From Ruditapes philippinarum (Eukaryota), in assembly GCF_026571515.1 (NCBI RefSeq), contig NW_026863809.1:1-64000 (forward strand): DNA of 64,000 bases, in the 5' to 3' direction. The stretch's first letter is position 1. Each line of letters begins with the position of its first letter. Below are positions 1 to 15,167 of this stretch, piece by piece. Below the pieces are notes generated by a model. That model made no database searches. It saw only the letters and a program-made list of their open reading frames with translations, and was not told the DNA's origin. A program made the position numbers and the translations under genes.

Positions 1-3000
1 AAAACTAAACAAAAGCATATTTCCCCCAAAATAATTTATGCCCAAGGAATTTTACAGACATCATAAAACGTCCTTAGTACCAGCTATTCTGAGATTTCTT
101 GTACAGTACCAGTAAGTTGTTACGATTTCGTTTCAACTCTCCAACGGACAGGACCAGACTGAATTTTCCACGCTGTACCAACTCTATTTATATGCTTGTG
201 AAGCAATCATCTCCGCAGTAAACAATAATTTTGATTTGCTAAAATAATAAAACGTTTCTTGAATTTGATGTTTTAACTAAACCTTATGAGCGTCTGTTAC
301 TTTGGATTAGAGTTTCGTACAAACCATGCAACAAATAGATGAACCATTAAAATGATAAACACACTTGGGGACAATTCTTTATAATTATATCATAACAACT
401 AAATAACTAAAATTTCTTTAATTACCTAATGTTTATACCTGATATTTTTACATAAAAATTAAAAAAGTTTTTCCTTTTTCTAATCGGAAATCATTCAATT
501 TTTTTTTGTTTTTTTAGATTTTTAAAAGGCACGTCAACACATAATCCATATCGTGCGAATGCTATTAAAAAAGGGTTAAAATGTTTTGAAAATTTTTTAA
601 TTTACAAATAAAAATGAACCCAAATTAGTCCTAGAAATAAAGCTTTTTCTCTTTTTAAAATTTAATCAATTTTCTTTTTGATGGAATTGTATTAAAAAGT
701 TTTTTATTGAATTTAAAGAATAAAAATCTTTTTAGGGGCTGTGAAAAAAAAATGACATTAAGAAGAAAATCTTGCCCGTAAAATTTTTTCCCTTTTACAA
801 AAACCCCCACAGAAGGGGCATTGTCATTTGTAAGGAGATAAAAAGTGGGTAAAATTTTTGGTGTCCCAGATTCGGCATCGAAGAAGAACTGTTTGATCAC
901 GGCCGTTCGAACAGAGTATACATCAGAGGTGGACACATCAAGAGATGGGGTTTATATCGCGTGAAGTTTATAAAAAAAACGGCATTGTCCCAGTTTGCTT
1001 TACATTCAGATGATAGAGTTTATTAATAGCCGGTTAAATTAATCACAAAGCAGGTAAAAAATAAGTCAGTTTATTGAAATTTAATGATTGTTTATTAGCA
1101 AAGCATCTCCTTTTTCCATTTCCCTCGTATCCTAATGACTTTGGTAATCCAATTATTAACTATTTTGTTTTAAGTATATCATGAAATGTATATAAAAGAA
1201 GTTTTCTTTACCATGATATTGTCAGATTTTTTAGTTTTTAATGGATATTTAAAAAGAAAGCGCGTAAAATATCAAAATTTATGGCGTGGGTATGCTGTGC
1301 TAGTATGATAATGCTAAAATCTATTTTAAGGGGTAATTAAAAAAAGAAGTTATAGATGAAAATTTATAGATGCATTTCCGTCACAATAACAAAAAAGGGG
1401 ACCAAATTTTAAAAAGAAAACATGTTTTCTTGAAAAACTATTTTTTTTTTTAAGAGTAAAAGGGAAACCTGTCGGAACAATATGCATAACACATATTAAA
1501 AAGTAGTTTATCAATAACAATTAAAAAGGGTATTTTATCAGATAAATTGGGGCTGGTCTATATTATGATAAAAACAAATTTTTCGGGGAAAAAGAGAACG
1601 TTTTTGCAAAAAATTTCCATTAAAAAAGGGTTTCTATGAAAAATTTTTTTATTTCCCAAGGGGGGAATAAGTAAATGCTCATTTACCATTAATTTCTTAA
1701 TTTTTATTTTCACGAGTCACAAAAAATGTTGGAACAATTATTTTAAAAAAAAATCTCCGCCCCCTTTGCTTTAAGGAAAAAAAAAAGAATTGAAACTATT
1801 TTTTAAAACTGTTAATCTAACAACTCTTTATATAATTTATCTTATCAAACAAGGAAAAAGAACAAAAAATTTTTTGACTATGAACTTATATATAGAGATT
1901 CTAAGTACACAATAAGAGACACATTATTCCATTCCAATAATATTTTTAACTCTCAAGACAGGGAGATCAATTAATGACAAGTAATAATGTCCATTTAGAA
2001 TAGTTATTGCTTGAATAATTCAGTGCTAATAGAAGTGTTTGTGATTACCCAAATTGCGAAGATCATTTTGAGTCATTGCAAAGGTTGGCACTGTAAAAAG
2101 TATACCTTGAATAATTGAATCGTGACTTGTGAGTCAAGAATTAAGTTCAAAATGTGACTGATCTATCAATTATTATCAAAAAGCGTAACGAATATTCTAA
2201 TACTGCAGAACTAAATATATTCCAAAAAAAGAGTGTCACTTTAATGAATATACAAACACACAATGTCATATACTTTCAGTACGTAAATATGCATGATTGT
2301 TTTCATTTCTTAGTTTACAATTTTTTAATATCGAAATAACGCATTCAGAAAGAGATCATATGTGTTCATGACCCCTTTCGTTTACGTTAACAAAATGAAA
2401 ATCAAATGGTATACCTTAATAAATTTGTTGTACTTATTTTGATTTTCCTTAATGCGGTATGTTTTTATATGACTTACAATGTCATCTATTTTTTTTAAAG
2501 TATAATGTTATTAAATCAATACAATTTAAATATATTGTCTACTTAAATCACGTGAATTTTTAGATTTGTGTGGGTTTCAGAACTTATAATTTATAAGTGT
2601 ATAGGAATGTTACGTTAGAAAATTTGTGATATGTTAAAAGTTCTAAAATGTCGTTTTTCCATTTTAATTATGTTTACTAAATGCTCTCTTAAGACTTATA
2701 TGTACAGGCATTATCTGATATTTCTTTATGACATTGTTTCTCTTAAGCTGAATTAGTCTTTATGGATATTTATAAAGTGTGCATATGCAATACTGTCATT
2801 TCATTGTTGCTAGAAATATGTTCTGCTCTGCGTTATTATTCCTAATCAGGCATCAAAATTGTGTTTTCTTCTTTTAATTTGCCACATTAAAACAGCATTG
2901 CAGAGCTGACTACGTGAGTGAAGCATTAGCTAATAGGTTTGACAAAATAATATAGTAAAACGCCAGGACAAAACATGTTCCCTTACTTTTTGTGCTTAAC

Positions 3001-4420
3001 TAAAATGAATACTTTTCTCTTTGAGTGATCTAATGATAAACACGTCACAAACGAAATAGAGATATTTTGAAATCGATTGACATTTAAAAGAATAATATTC
3101 ATTTGTTCACTAGACTAATTCAAACTTAGTGCAATTTAATGTTGCTTAAAGAAAAGAGATATCATTGCTTGTCGCTCGCTTTGAAATAATATTGTTTTGC
3201 ATCATCCATCATGTAGGGTAATAGTAACAGATTATTTTTCAAATCATGTCACCATGCATTTAAAGAACTCAAAGCTTATGTATATTGGCTGTCTGGGTTC
3301 ATAACTTAGGTACACCTCTCAATGTATTTTATGTTCATACTTTCATTGACTTACTGAGATCGTTCAAATTAATATGTTAATTTAGTTTTTTAGGTCTTTA
3401 TTATTAATTGTGCAAGTTCAGCCATGACCTAAATAATTAACTTGACATTTCTTTAACGGTCATTAATTTTTGGTTAAGTTTAACTAGAAATCATGGCAAC
3501 CAACAACGGATGTTGTGCATGTTATATGCGTGTAGAACATAAGTCCTCAATTTAGAGAACAAATTGCCCGTGATGTTTTAATTCTTCAGTAAATAAGAAA
3601 AGCGTTCTTACTGAAACCATTTACTTTTCATAGATCCTAAGAATTTTCTCTTTAGAAATTAAATGTTTTTCAAAAATTTTCGGGATATCCTAACATTATG
3701 CTATCGGCTATATCATTCAAAATAATAGTGTACAGATCGACAAAGCTGACTGGTGCCCTGACATAAACAGGTAGCTCTAGAAAAGGCATTGATAGAAAAA
3801 ATAAATAAAAAGAACGTGCATTTTTAGGGACCCTCCAGAGTTTGAAATGACCCTTTTAATGCACACTCTCAAAGATTTCACAATTTTTAGAATATATATA
3901 TATATATTTTTCTTATATCTTCGATAAACAAATTAAATTTAAGGCACATATTTTGAGTTTTCTTTAGGTTTTCTATTTCTGATAATTGCTATCTAACATT
4001 AACATTTTTAACCATTATATTGCTATTGACAACTTGTATTTAAAAAAAAAAATGGCCGAATTGCTTTTAAAGTAGCCTCACTTACTGACGCATGTAGACA
4101 CAACATATTTTACAATAAGAAAACAAGAGTTCTATCTTAATAAAGGTAAAGAAAATATGTCTGCAGCGAAATAAAATATATTCCAAAGGGAACATTAACA
4201 TGTTCAGCACATATGTAGCACAACCACTAATTGGGAAAAAGAAAACTATTCCAAAAATAATTGACAGCAAGAATAAATGTTCTTCAACTTCCAGGCAACA
4301 AAACATAACACAATATAAATTGATACATTAACAACAAAGACGTTGACAAAACATGCCCGCGGGGAGTATATGAATCAAGAACAATAATATCAACTGTGAT
4401 AATAACTGACAAGTTGCGTA

Positions 4421-5123
4421 CAGTGTAACTTCTGAATTCCGGAACTTCTAAAATCCGGAAACTTCTGAAATCCGAACATTTTTCAGGGTCCCGAAATTTC
4501 TTCTTCTGTTTTCTATGTAATCAAAACCTCTGAATTACGGAACTTCTAAATTCTGAATTCCGAACGAATTTCTGGTAAAATTTTGGTAATATAAATTTAA
4601 ATTTACTTCCAAAATCCGGATATTAAAAAAGGTGTGAATATTATACTTGTAATTGAAAAACCTCCAAATGTCAGTATCTTCAAATTAACAGTGACCATTT
4701 GACACCTATTAGAATTTGCAACCTGTCAAGCATATCAAACACTTGTTTTTAAGTGTGAAAATTAAGAAATTAAGAACAATAGTGTGATGAAATGAAAAGA
4801 TACAAGTTAATAGCAGGTACTACATGTATATGAGATATACTAAAATAATATACTAATTAATATTATCCTATTGTATCAGCAAATTCAGTTAAATGTGATA
4901 ATGAAATTTAAAATAGTGAATTTAAAGTCCTACAATTTTGCTATTTTATTAATTTAATCAGCTTCATATATTTTTCATTATGGTTATGACATACTAAAAA
5001 ACAATTGATGTATACTAATATTACTTGTTCAGATAATTCCGAACTTCTGAATTCCGAAAACTTCCCCAAATTCCGAACTTTTTGGCTAGTCCCTTATGCG
5101 TTCGGTTTTCAGAAGTTACACTG
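4421..5123. mobile_element. Tc1/mariner-pogo-type MITE (~700 bp)
   Basis: TIRs CAGTGTAACTTCTGAA / TTCAGAAGTTACACTG, TA on both flanks, repeated subterminal TTCCG(G)AACTTCT motifs, no ORF. Confidence 0.88.
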
Positions 5124-8100
5124 TATAATATGTTATGCCATACATTTGTAGACAACAGAAACGAAGTGAGTTTGCATGGAGTGTAGTTTCAAGCTCTACT
5201 TGGGGCCAACAGTTTGATATATAGGTTTATTCGCAAATGCATATTTAGTGATAAATGAGTGAAAATACAGTAGTTGTGCAACGTCAAAGGTTGATATTGC
5301 CAAAATATGGATGGTAAATCTCCTTTTTTTTAAAACATGTTCTGAATTTAGATACATTTACTGGGGTTGTTAGACCACCCTCTTTCTGCTTTATCAAATT
5401 CGACTTACACCTGTTTCAATAAACCATTTATCAATCATCCTTTTCCAACGACATTGAAAAAATACAGACACGCGTGTATTGAACTTTGATTAAGCATATT
5501 TTTATAACATCAAATGAATGATTAGTAAACATGTATTGAACATTTTGTTTATATAATGATATTTTTGAAAATTATATTTAGATATTATTGTTTAACAAAA
5601 AATGTCGAAATCGTACTTTATAAAATAGAATGACATTGTTAGCCATGCAAAAACACCCCGCATTAAGGAAAATAAAAAAAATATAAAGACATATAAAAAA
5701 CATAACAAAACAACACGAAAAACAAAACAGATCAAAACAAATTAAATAAATAAAAATATCAAAAGCAGGAATTTATAAAAGGAGGATATTCTTAATAGCA
5801 CCGAACTTCACGCAACGTTTCTTTATACACTGAAAACGTCCATATTAAGTGCTGAAACATTTAAATTAATTAACACAATACTTTTCTGCTTCTTACTGGT
5901 ACATTATACTTCTGATTCTGAACAAACCTCATTCTAACATGCATTCAGATCATTTTCAGAATTTGACCATGAAAGTGTTCAACTGTACCTTTAGTATTTT
6001 AACGAGGTTACAAGTAACACCTTAATTATTCAGCTTTGTTTTAGAAATGCTCGAATACCTATTTCACTTAATCCTTTTTTTCTTCCTCTTATTTTTATTG
6101 GTGCCTATAAATTTCAAAAAGTCATACAATACTTTATATTTTCATATGAATGTGTTAGACATCCTTGTCGGTTGCTATTATTCCTCATTAGGCATTACTA
6201 AAATTAGCGGCAGGTCCTTGCTGTCTTTGTGCTCTGCTTTGTTTTTGTTGGCCGGTGATCCTATGTTGCTGGATCGTTGAAGAGATGCGTTCGGTGAATG
6301 CCTCCCTCCCTTATTGATCTTGTATTTCATATTTTAACACTTATTATTGTATGCTTTCGATGCCTATGATAAAATTGTCCTATTGGAAATGGTGGTTTTA
6401 AGCAGTATCCCAAGATTTTTTTTTTGACTTAATGAAAGCGATAAAGAGACTGTTAATATCAATAAACGCATCATGCCGATGATGCCTCCGATTAAGCCAA
6501 AGTATTTCAAAAAACAAAAAAAATTGGGAAAAATATTTTTAGAATGTAATGAGCGTTAAATGACTGATTTTGCAGTAATTGTATACACCACCCAATTACC
6601 ACGAGACTATGCAGTAAGGGCAGTTTTTTATGTTTAAATTTGATAAATTTTATCGATTCTAAGTGCTGTTTGCCGTGTGTATATTTCTTTTTTACTGTTC
6701 CTTTCACAATATTATACATTTAATTACATTTTTAAAATTTCTATGAAAACCAGTATTAATATGAAGGCATGCTACTATAAGCTTTTTATTCAGCATAAAA
6801 AAGTAAATAAATAATGAATCAGCTATAGAATACGGTTTATCACATATCAGACGACTCTCTTTAAATGTTCTCAAATTCATCATTAGAGTGATAAAGTTCT
6901 TATATATTGACATCCAATAAACGCATTATAGCAACACTCATTCAAGATTAAACAGATGACCATGTTTGAAACCAGCACAATATTTTAGTTAATATATGAA
7001 TACAAATAAAACAATATAAACTTACCTCCAATTACATTGTACGTATCCTCTATGGATGTTTTCAAGTATCAATACAATCAAATTTCATGAACTACTTAGT
7101 TATGATATTGTGTACAAAATATTGTATGTTCTTGCACGGGGTGATTAATATCCTGTTTTTTCCAAACTTGTAAGTAGGATTACCAGAGGCTTTAAATGCT
7201 GATATAACATAATTGAAAGAAAACATCAGCTAAAGTTTTATATTCCAATGATAAAGGATGAAAATATGATTATTTCAAATCGGCATGTGATATTTCTTCT
7301 CTTTATGTAACATAAAATTGCTTTCAGTTTGATTTAAGTTTACAAATTACTTTCACTTTGTCGATATTCGCTTTCATCACATTCATTAGCAAGCATATGA
7401 TCAAACGAAAAAATTATTTAAGGGACCAAAAAATATTTTTCAGTGACAGAGTAAATCGATTCCTTGGTTTCGTTCTTTGTTTGTAATGTTTTTACCACAA
7501 AGCGTTCACAGAGTGAATAATCTTTTATACAACAAACAAGCAAGTCATGTGTAAGATAATAATTTTATTGAGTTTAACTTTACTCTTTTGTCAGAATGTT
7601 ATCTACTTATTAATAATATTATCGAAGTAATTTGTTATAATTCAAAACATTCTGATTTTTTTACACAAGGCAATAAAACATACGTAGAAAACATGTCAAA
7701 ATAACTAGCTTGTTTGTTCCATGAAAAGGGAGGTTGTAACATCATTTCAAATTACTAGCCACCATAAAATGACATTATTCCACATACATGGAAACTCAAA
7801 CTTCAAATTCATATATAATTGAAACAGGGGTTATAAAATACATATCAGGTAGGTATTAAGAGTTCTCATGGTAAAAGAAAATCAATAGTAACATGGCATA
7901 ATTTGAGAGCATTGGAACCTTCACAAGTTTAAGTAGTATCGCCTTAAATCAATGTAAACACTCAGAAAACACAATTGATTAATGAACGGTTTCGCCCTTT
8001 TTCATGACTGTTTAGACTTTTATATTAAGTAAAACGAGCAAAGAAAGAAACTATAAGCATAGTGTGACTATTAAAATATGAAATTATGAAATACCCTGCT

Positions 8101-10539
8101 GCCACAGCAAAGAGTGAAAAAATAATAAAAATATAGGTATTGTTTTCAAAAATCTATGGACATTTTGGTTAAACACCATTTATTACTTGGCTTTTGCATT
8201 GAATCGTTAAATCATTTCAATGAATAATATATACCTTGATGGTACATTCAAGTATTTGTAAGACCCCAGCAATTCCCGTCATTTTAATATAAAATTTCAT
8301 TCTATTGTGATAATGGCAAAATATTTAATATTATACTAATGAATTTGTGTCGTTTGAAATAGCTCATGCGATTAATTAAATTCAAATTTTTAATATGTTA
8401 CCATGGTAAACATTTGAAAATCTCCGAATCATAACTTTCAATAACGACATTATATCTTTGAAAATGAAACCAAACTTTTCTGTTCGGTTATGTTGATAGA
8501 AGCTAAAAACTTTTAGAAAAATGTAGACTCGTCAATATATATGCATTTTTTTCTGCTATGATGAATATCTTAGACAATTGCACCTTTTAAAAAAGAACGA
8601 TTTATTTAAACTAAGATAAACAATGATAAATATAGTAAACATACTCAATGTATTGAACAATCATTTCATTTAACAAAATAAGCAAAGCTTAAACAAAGTG
8701 ATTGCTTATTCATTCATTTAAGCTTTAGTTTATTTTTTAGAGAATGCAAAATCCATTATTCAAGCTCTCATAATCTTTAAAGGCTTGCATAACTTTTTTT
8801 TGTCATTAATCTTACAACAAGACTTAGTAGCTGCTGCCATTAACTTTCCGAAAAATTGATATATAATTTACTGCATATAATTTATAATAACTACAAGTGT
8901 ACAATTTTTGTTTTTCGTCGCTACTTATTACTTTGCATCATAGTTCAATTCATTTTTAAATGAAAGTACAATTTGATAAACTGCATGACAATAGATTGAA
9001 GCATCTTAATATAATATAAGCTTTCCCGATTATACATACATAAGCAATCTTCAACACTGAAAGTGGTAATATTGCCACAAAGGTGAGGCAAATATTACAG
9101 CAAGGATTAGTTCAGGGGAGTATCATACAACTGCGAAACAGCTTTATCCCCTTTAATTATTACCCCTAATGTTTTCCCTAATCTTTGAAAACATCAGATA
9201 CACATATAATATATTAAAAGCACTTAGCATATTACTAGTTTTAGTAATGTTAGAAGATAATCATCGTTCACAACCTTAGTTTATTAATAGGAAACACTGT
9301 GTTATTTAGTTGTAATGTTAAGTTATAAGATACCAAACAAAACTTCGTACAGAATTTACAGGTCACGATTTCCAGACATTATCATTATAATATAAACGAA
9401 AAGTCATTATTTTCTGCCACGGTTATGATGCCATTTATAATGACACGGTATGAAATGAAGAAGTATCTTTCTAAAATGAATCCTTAGAGACGAAATGAAA
9501 TGCCTTTCTACTTTTAGCATTTAATTTAGTTTCTAAAATAACTCAAGGAATCTTTCAATGTATTGTTTAAGTACTTTTCTAATTATATATTTTTGTAGAC
9601 ATAATCATTTATTTTGAGCATTTCTGTCATATTATCAAGATTTCTACTCATTCTAGCTGTGTTGTATTGTGTGTATGGTTTGATTAAAATAAGACTTACA
9701 TTACGCATGAGGGCAACAAAGATAAGTATTCGTATCTCTAAATTTGTGTCATATAATTATCAGTTATATTATATTATAATAACAACACATGAATTAAGAT
9801 ATATATTTGAAACGAAGCACGTAATGTGTGTAGTGGTTTTCTTTTTGTTTAATTGAGAAGCGTTCCTACATCTTATAATTAATTACATAAAATTACTTAT
9901 CACTCATTAATTTTCTTTATATATATATAGGCCTGTTTTAGATTCATCATTTATATAGAGAACAATTATTTTGCGCAAGAGATGTATCAACGTTTAACTT
10001 ATATTTGTTAAAACAATTAAACAATATAACTGCAAATCGGCTCTTACTCGTCAGTAATTAGTGTAGCCGCTTTTTCATGAAGAGACCAGTGCTGATAGTG
10101 AAAATTGTGATTGGCATATTTTAATTAGCCAGGTCAAGTGTTTCTAAGAAGGCTGATAACACTGTAGCAATGTGAGGATATATTCAAATTTATTACATAG
10201 ATAATGCACGTGGAGCTCAGCTCGCAGAGACAAATGAGTACACAGTAACTTTTTGATCTCCTTTTAACTCTAAGAAAAATGATTATTAATTGCTGACTGT
10301 TTATATTTTCTGGAAAAAAGTAAGCAAAACATTATTTTGTTTCATATGGCAGGAATGAATTGCATTAACAATCCTAGGTATTGTTGAAAACTCATTGTTT
10401 TACTTGCGAGATTAAGTAATTGGACCCCATCCTTGTTTGTACGTGACTGCTGGGGAAAAATAATGTTATGCTTAATTAAAGAGGTGACACTTTCTATATT
10501 TTTATCTGATATCGAGTTGTAAGAGCAGATTTGCAGTTA

Positions 10540-10598
10540 TATGGGTAAGAGTTCGATAAGACTCCCTACGGTCGTCTTAATACGAACTCTTACCCATA
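10540..10598. repeat. 59-bp near-perfect palindrome
   Basis: TATGGGTAAGAGTTCG...CGAACTCTTACCCATA (16-bp perfect arms) plus inner TAAGAC/GTCTTA. Confidence 0.85.
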
Positions 10599-11567
10599 CA
10601 TACCAACAAAATAGAACCTGGCAAGAGATTATCAACGTTTAACGTGTATTTGTTAAAACAATTAAACAATATACCAATAAAATAGAACCACGTCAGGTTC
10701 AATCTTTAAAGACAAAATATTACTATATAAGAAGATTAAACAATCGGCCCTTTCTTTGAAGATTGGTCAGGTTAATGCCAAACCGGTTTAAGTCGTAATT
10801 ATCAAAACCGCCTGCTAAATTATACACGGTTAATTTGAGTACAGCCTTTTTCACAACGCATTGTGAAATATCCGATGCATCGATATTTTTCTGTCTAAAT
10901 AAAGAACGAATAATAGTTTCAATTTCACACCAAAGGTTTCATTTTAAATAGTTTTAACACTTCATACATGTCATAATAATAACGTTTTGAATTACTGCTC
11001 CGTCTAAATTTTTTTATCTTCTTAAAATATTCAAACATCTTATCTAAAAATGTATTTTATCACAAAAAATCGTCTGCTAAAGTAATGAAAAAATGAGACG
11101 TACAAAGAAATAGATCCTGTTCTAGAAAATATTTGTTATAACATAATGTAATTTTTATAGAAATTGAAAGTGTTAAAAAATGTCGTTTTTATTAAAAATA
11201 GTAAGTGTCTTTCTTTTAACTAAATGTAAGTTTTTGCAATATTCGTATTGTTACCAATGTATTCAATCTGGGATGAAAATGAATCATGAACAAAAAAAAT
11301 ATATTATTATATCTAATCATTACATCGTAAAATTGCAAATCAAAATATTATTGCCATGTCTTGTTCTTCATTTTATACGCCTTTAACCACAGTATTTTGT
11401 CCGCACATTTATTTGCTTCGTAAATATAATCATTTTCTTTAAAAACAAACGAACTTTTCTTGATATTTTAAATTGTGACATTGTTAAACTGCATAAGGCA
11501 ACATAATTAAATGTCGGTAGATTTTTTTTGTCCTGCAGCATTCCTCCCTCGTTTCGGCAATATACAA

Positions 11568-11650
11568 CATTTCTTTTTTTTGAAATTGTTTGATATTAAA
11601 GAACTTATTCATTTCTTTTTTGAAATTGTTTGATATTAAAGAACTTATTT
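11568..11650. repeat. Tandem duplication of a ~40-bp unit
   Basis: ATTTC(T)nGAAATTGTTTGATATTAAAGAACTTATT occurs twice in tandem. Confidence 0.85.
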
Positions 11651-14600
11651 ATTTGTTTATGATTTTAGTTTTGATGTTAATTTGCTCGAATAACAGTTGT
11701 GAAAAGTTTCAGATCAATTACTTCCACCATCATCTTTCAAGAAGAATGAATTAGCTTGTGTCAAAAGACTCAGAATGAGAAAAGATGAAACGTTTTAAAC
11801 TCAAATCAGGCTTAGAATAGCACTTAAACACGCTTTTCCAATTAAGTCATAACAAAAATAAATGTCTATGTTGCTAGGCAAGTAAGGAGTAATAATGCAA
11901 GGGTTTAATTTTCAGAAATCTCAAGGAATTAATCATGAACTAGTGATGGAATAATGCCCTTAAGAGCTGTGCATAGTTTCTGCAACAATTTGCAACTCAT
12001 CAAGTATCATATTTAAAAGTAACACTTGGATTTTGTATTCTCAAAGGATGTTGCTTAATGCATTATTAAGTATTTCAAAGAAGAAAAATTGATTAAAATA
12101 TGCATGACAGTTATGTTGCTTTAAAGTCAGAAGACGTGTTAAATATGAAAATTGCTTGTTAATATGTTTCTACAAATTCCTAATTAAGAAAATACATTTA
12201 TCTGAACCGTAGTTCATTTGATCTTTATTGCATGTTTCAAGTAAATTATTCATGCTGATTGTACTGCATGAAATAGATACTGCAAGGATACTGCACACAC
12301 ACGTCTGTTTTTTGTGAGTACGGTTCCTTCTAAGCCATTGTGGCAAATATTATAATAAATGTACGTTCAATTTGCAAAGAAAAATTTTCTTAAGTTATAT
12401 TTGATAAAAGTAATACGTATATTTATATACATTACACTATTTGATTTGTCTTGTTAGTTTTCCATATTAATTTATGGCACTCATACAATTTGATGATATT
12501 TATTTTTGTATTCATAATACTCTTGACAATTCAAGAAATTGTTTTGAAAATGATGCTGGGTAAAATTCAATTTCGTAAGGCAATTATTCATATTGTCCTA
12601 ATGCATGGTAATCAATCTTTATGTATTTTAAACATCTAAAAAACGTGTGTGTTACAATCACTATTCTTTCTGTTGAAATTCATGGTATTTAATGCAAAAG
12701 GAAGTGTTTTATTTTCCTTCATTTGTATGTGTATGTGTGCTGGTTTGTTAAATTTATTATTCGTGACGTATAGCTTACGATAATGTGCATTTTTATCATT
12801 TCAACCGGTATTCTATTTGATAAATGTATCAAGTTTATCTTGAATCGATACATTATGCAAGTGGTGAGCATGCAAACCGCTCTTAATACATGATTGATAT
12901 TACAACATTTTTAAACACAAGTTTTTTGCCATTTCTTAAAACGTTTTTTATGTTTTCGTTCCCGAGGAATAAATTTCAATAATGCACTATACATTTTCTT
13001 GATTAGAAATACAGCGTATTTTAGATCATGCAAAAGAAAACGTATTATGTTCTCTGTTTCGTGTGCATAATTATTTTTGTTTAAATTCGATTACGAATCT
13101 TTAGTATTTTTGTATAATTCTTTATATTATATGTTACAATTGTAACAAACAAACCAGTAAATGATTACTGAGAAAGCTGAAAGTCAACAAAAATATGGAG
13201 ATACTAACTATTTGGTGCCAATTGCTCTCTTATTAAGGGCACATGCATATTATTCTTGTGAACCATACGTAATTTGTGTATGAATTGACAAGAAAATTCA
13301 TTGAAAGGTCAATAATAACAGCCGTATAAACGCACCTGCGAAAATCTCTAGCGATATTCATGTCAAATATTGTGTGTTTTCCTGGAGCGGATAGTAGAGT
13401 TTGTGGACGGTAGCTTTTTATTTTCCATTATCGTCCTTGAACAGGATCATTCAAACCGAACATATAATATTTAGTTTTTGCCATCGCTACAGAATAATTA
13501 TATAAACGTATTTCCTTTGTTTCTTCACAGTTGCCTGAAGAAGAATGTTTGAGAAGCAAATCAAAGCCAAGCTATTTCTTTATTTCTTAAACGATGCATG
13601 AACTTTTAAAAATATATACCAATCATTATGATAATATTCCACGTCATACAATTATGAGATGCGATTTTTACTCCCTTTTTGTGAAAAAAAATAAATGAAA
13701 TTCTGCTAAACTAAAATTTGCTGGTGTAATTACAATTCATCAAAAGATAATGGAGAAACGAGTTAAAAAAGAAATAATTTCCTTCTTCATTTAAACTTTA
13801 AACGCAGAGTAAATGATTTGTCATGACAAAACATAATTTTCTGTCTAGCTCAAGATTTTGGAAACACATAATATTACTGGAATCTAATAGATTGAACGAT
13901 ATCTAACCAAAGTTAAATATTTAGGTAAATAACTCATTTTATTCTTAATGCGGTGTCCTTTTATGTTAGAATGTATGACAAAACGTTTCGTTCATTTCGA
14001 CTTATTTTCTTTTTTCTTTCTTGCATTCTTTTGTTGTTTATTTGTTTATTCATTTAAATATCTGAGTTTCCCCAATTAATTTAATACTCCGAAATACCGG
14101 ACATAATCCCAGATGATTCATCTAGATACCATTTAAAATGCACCTTACATCATTTTTATTTTCAACCAAATATTCATGACATAACTATTCTGAATGGACA
14201 TTGCTAGTTATTATAATTGTCTGCATTCTTTCATGTAAATTCCTCTTTAATCACAGGAGATTTTTTTTTAATCTGACGAATATAGCGTATACTAAATACC
14301 TTTATTACAATATAAAAATTATTTTAACATGTTGTTATAAGCTTAACGCTTGATTATGTCCCAGTTGAATCGTCTTCCCATACAAATATCAATATTTCGA
14401 GCTTATGTTTTCGCTTGATGATAACCGCCTTTGCAACTTATTTAAATTGGAAGTCAACTCTAAATGTTATCGTTTTTGTTCTATTGAATCGTAATAATAA
14501 TCACGAAATTAATTACAATATTATACATACATATATTACAGATACAGATACAGACATGTAGCTTCCGTAAAATTTTGTATTTGTATCGCATTCTTACCCT

Positions 14601-15167
14601 CCCCCACTTTGGTCTGATATAGACTGACAAACCAAAAACAACTCTGACATGATATTTTGTTTGGTTCAGAATCAGAGGTAATCGCTAGACTATTATCAAA
14701 CTTTAATCCAAACTTGTCTTGAAAATTGTTAAAAACATGATATTAAGGTTTATTTATATTATAAATATTTCATATTTTTGATCTTAATAAAAACATACTT
14801 TACAGAACTATACGAAACATAAACACTGTGGCGACATCATTTGACGATTTAACGAAAAAGAATGCAAAACGTTACGTTGTGAAAATCAGTCAAACTAACT
14901 TAAAACCTTAATTTTTATAATTGACCATTTAATTCGTTTGTTTTGCTCTTTGGCCATTGGTACAAGTAGTGTGAATTAGTATTCTGTATTATAGTATTCA
15001 TTTTGCTAATTTAATGGCACTCTAGGGAACATTCAGTGTTATTTCTCTGGTGTTGACATCTAACGTGCTCTTAATCAATTATCAAAACATCATTTTATAT
15101 AAAATAATTTGCCTTTCTTCAGAATTGAGACATTATGCAATAGGCATAATGTGCCATTAATTATGAA

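Noticed and set aside
7026-7198. Exon-like segment ending TYNVIG|gtaagt (M28 peptidase-like)
   Set aside because: Stops in the frames read, only a 5-residue resemblance, no partner exons.
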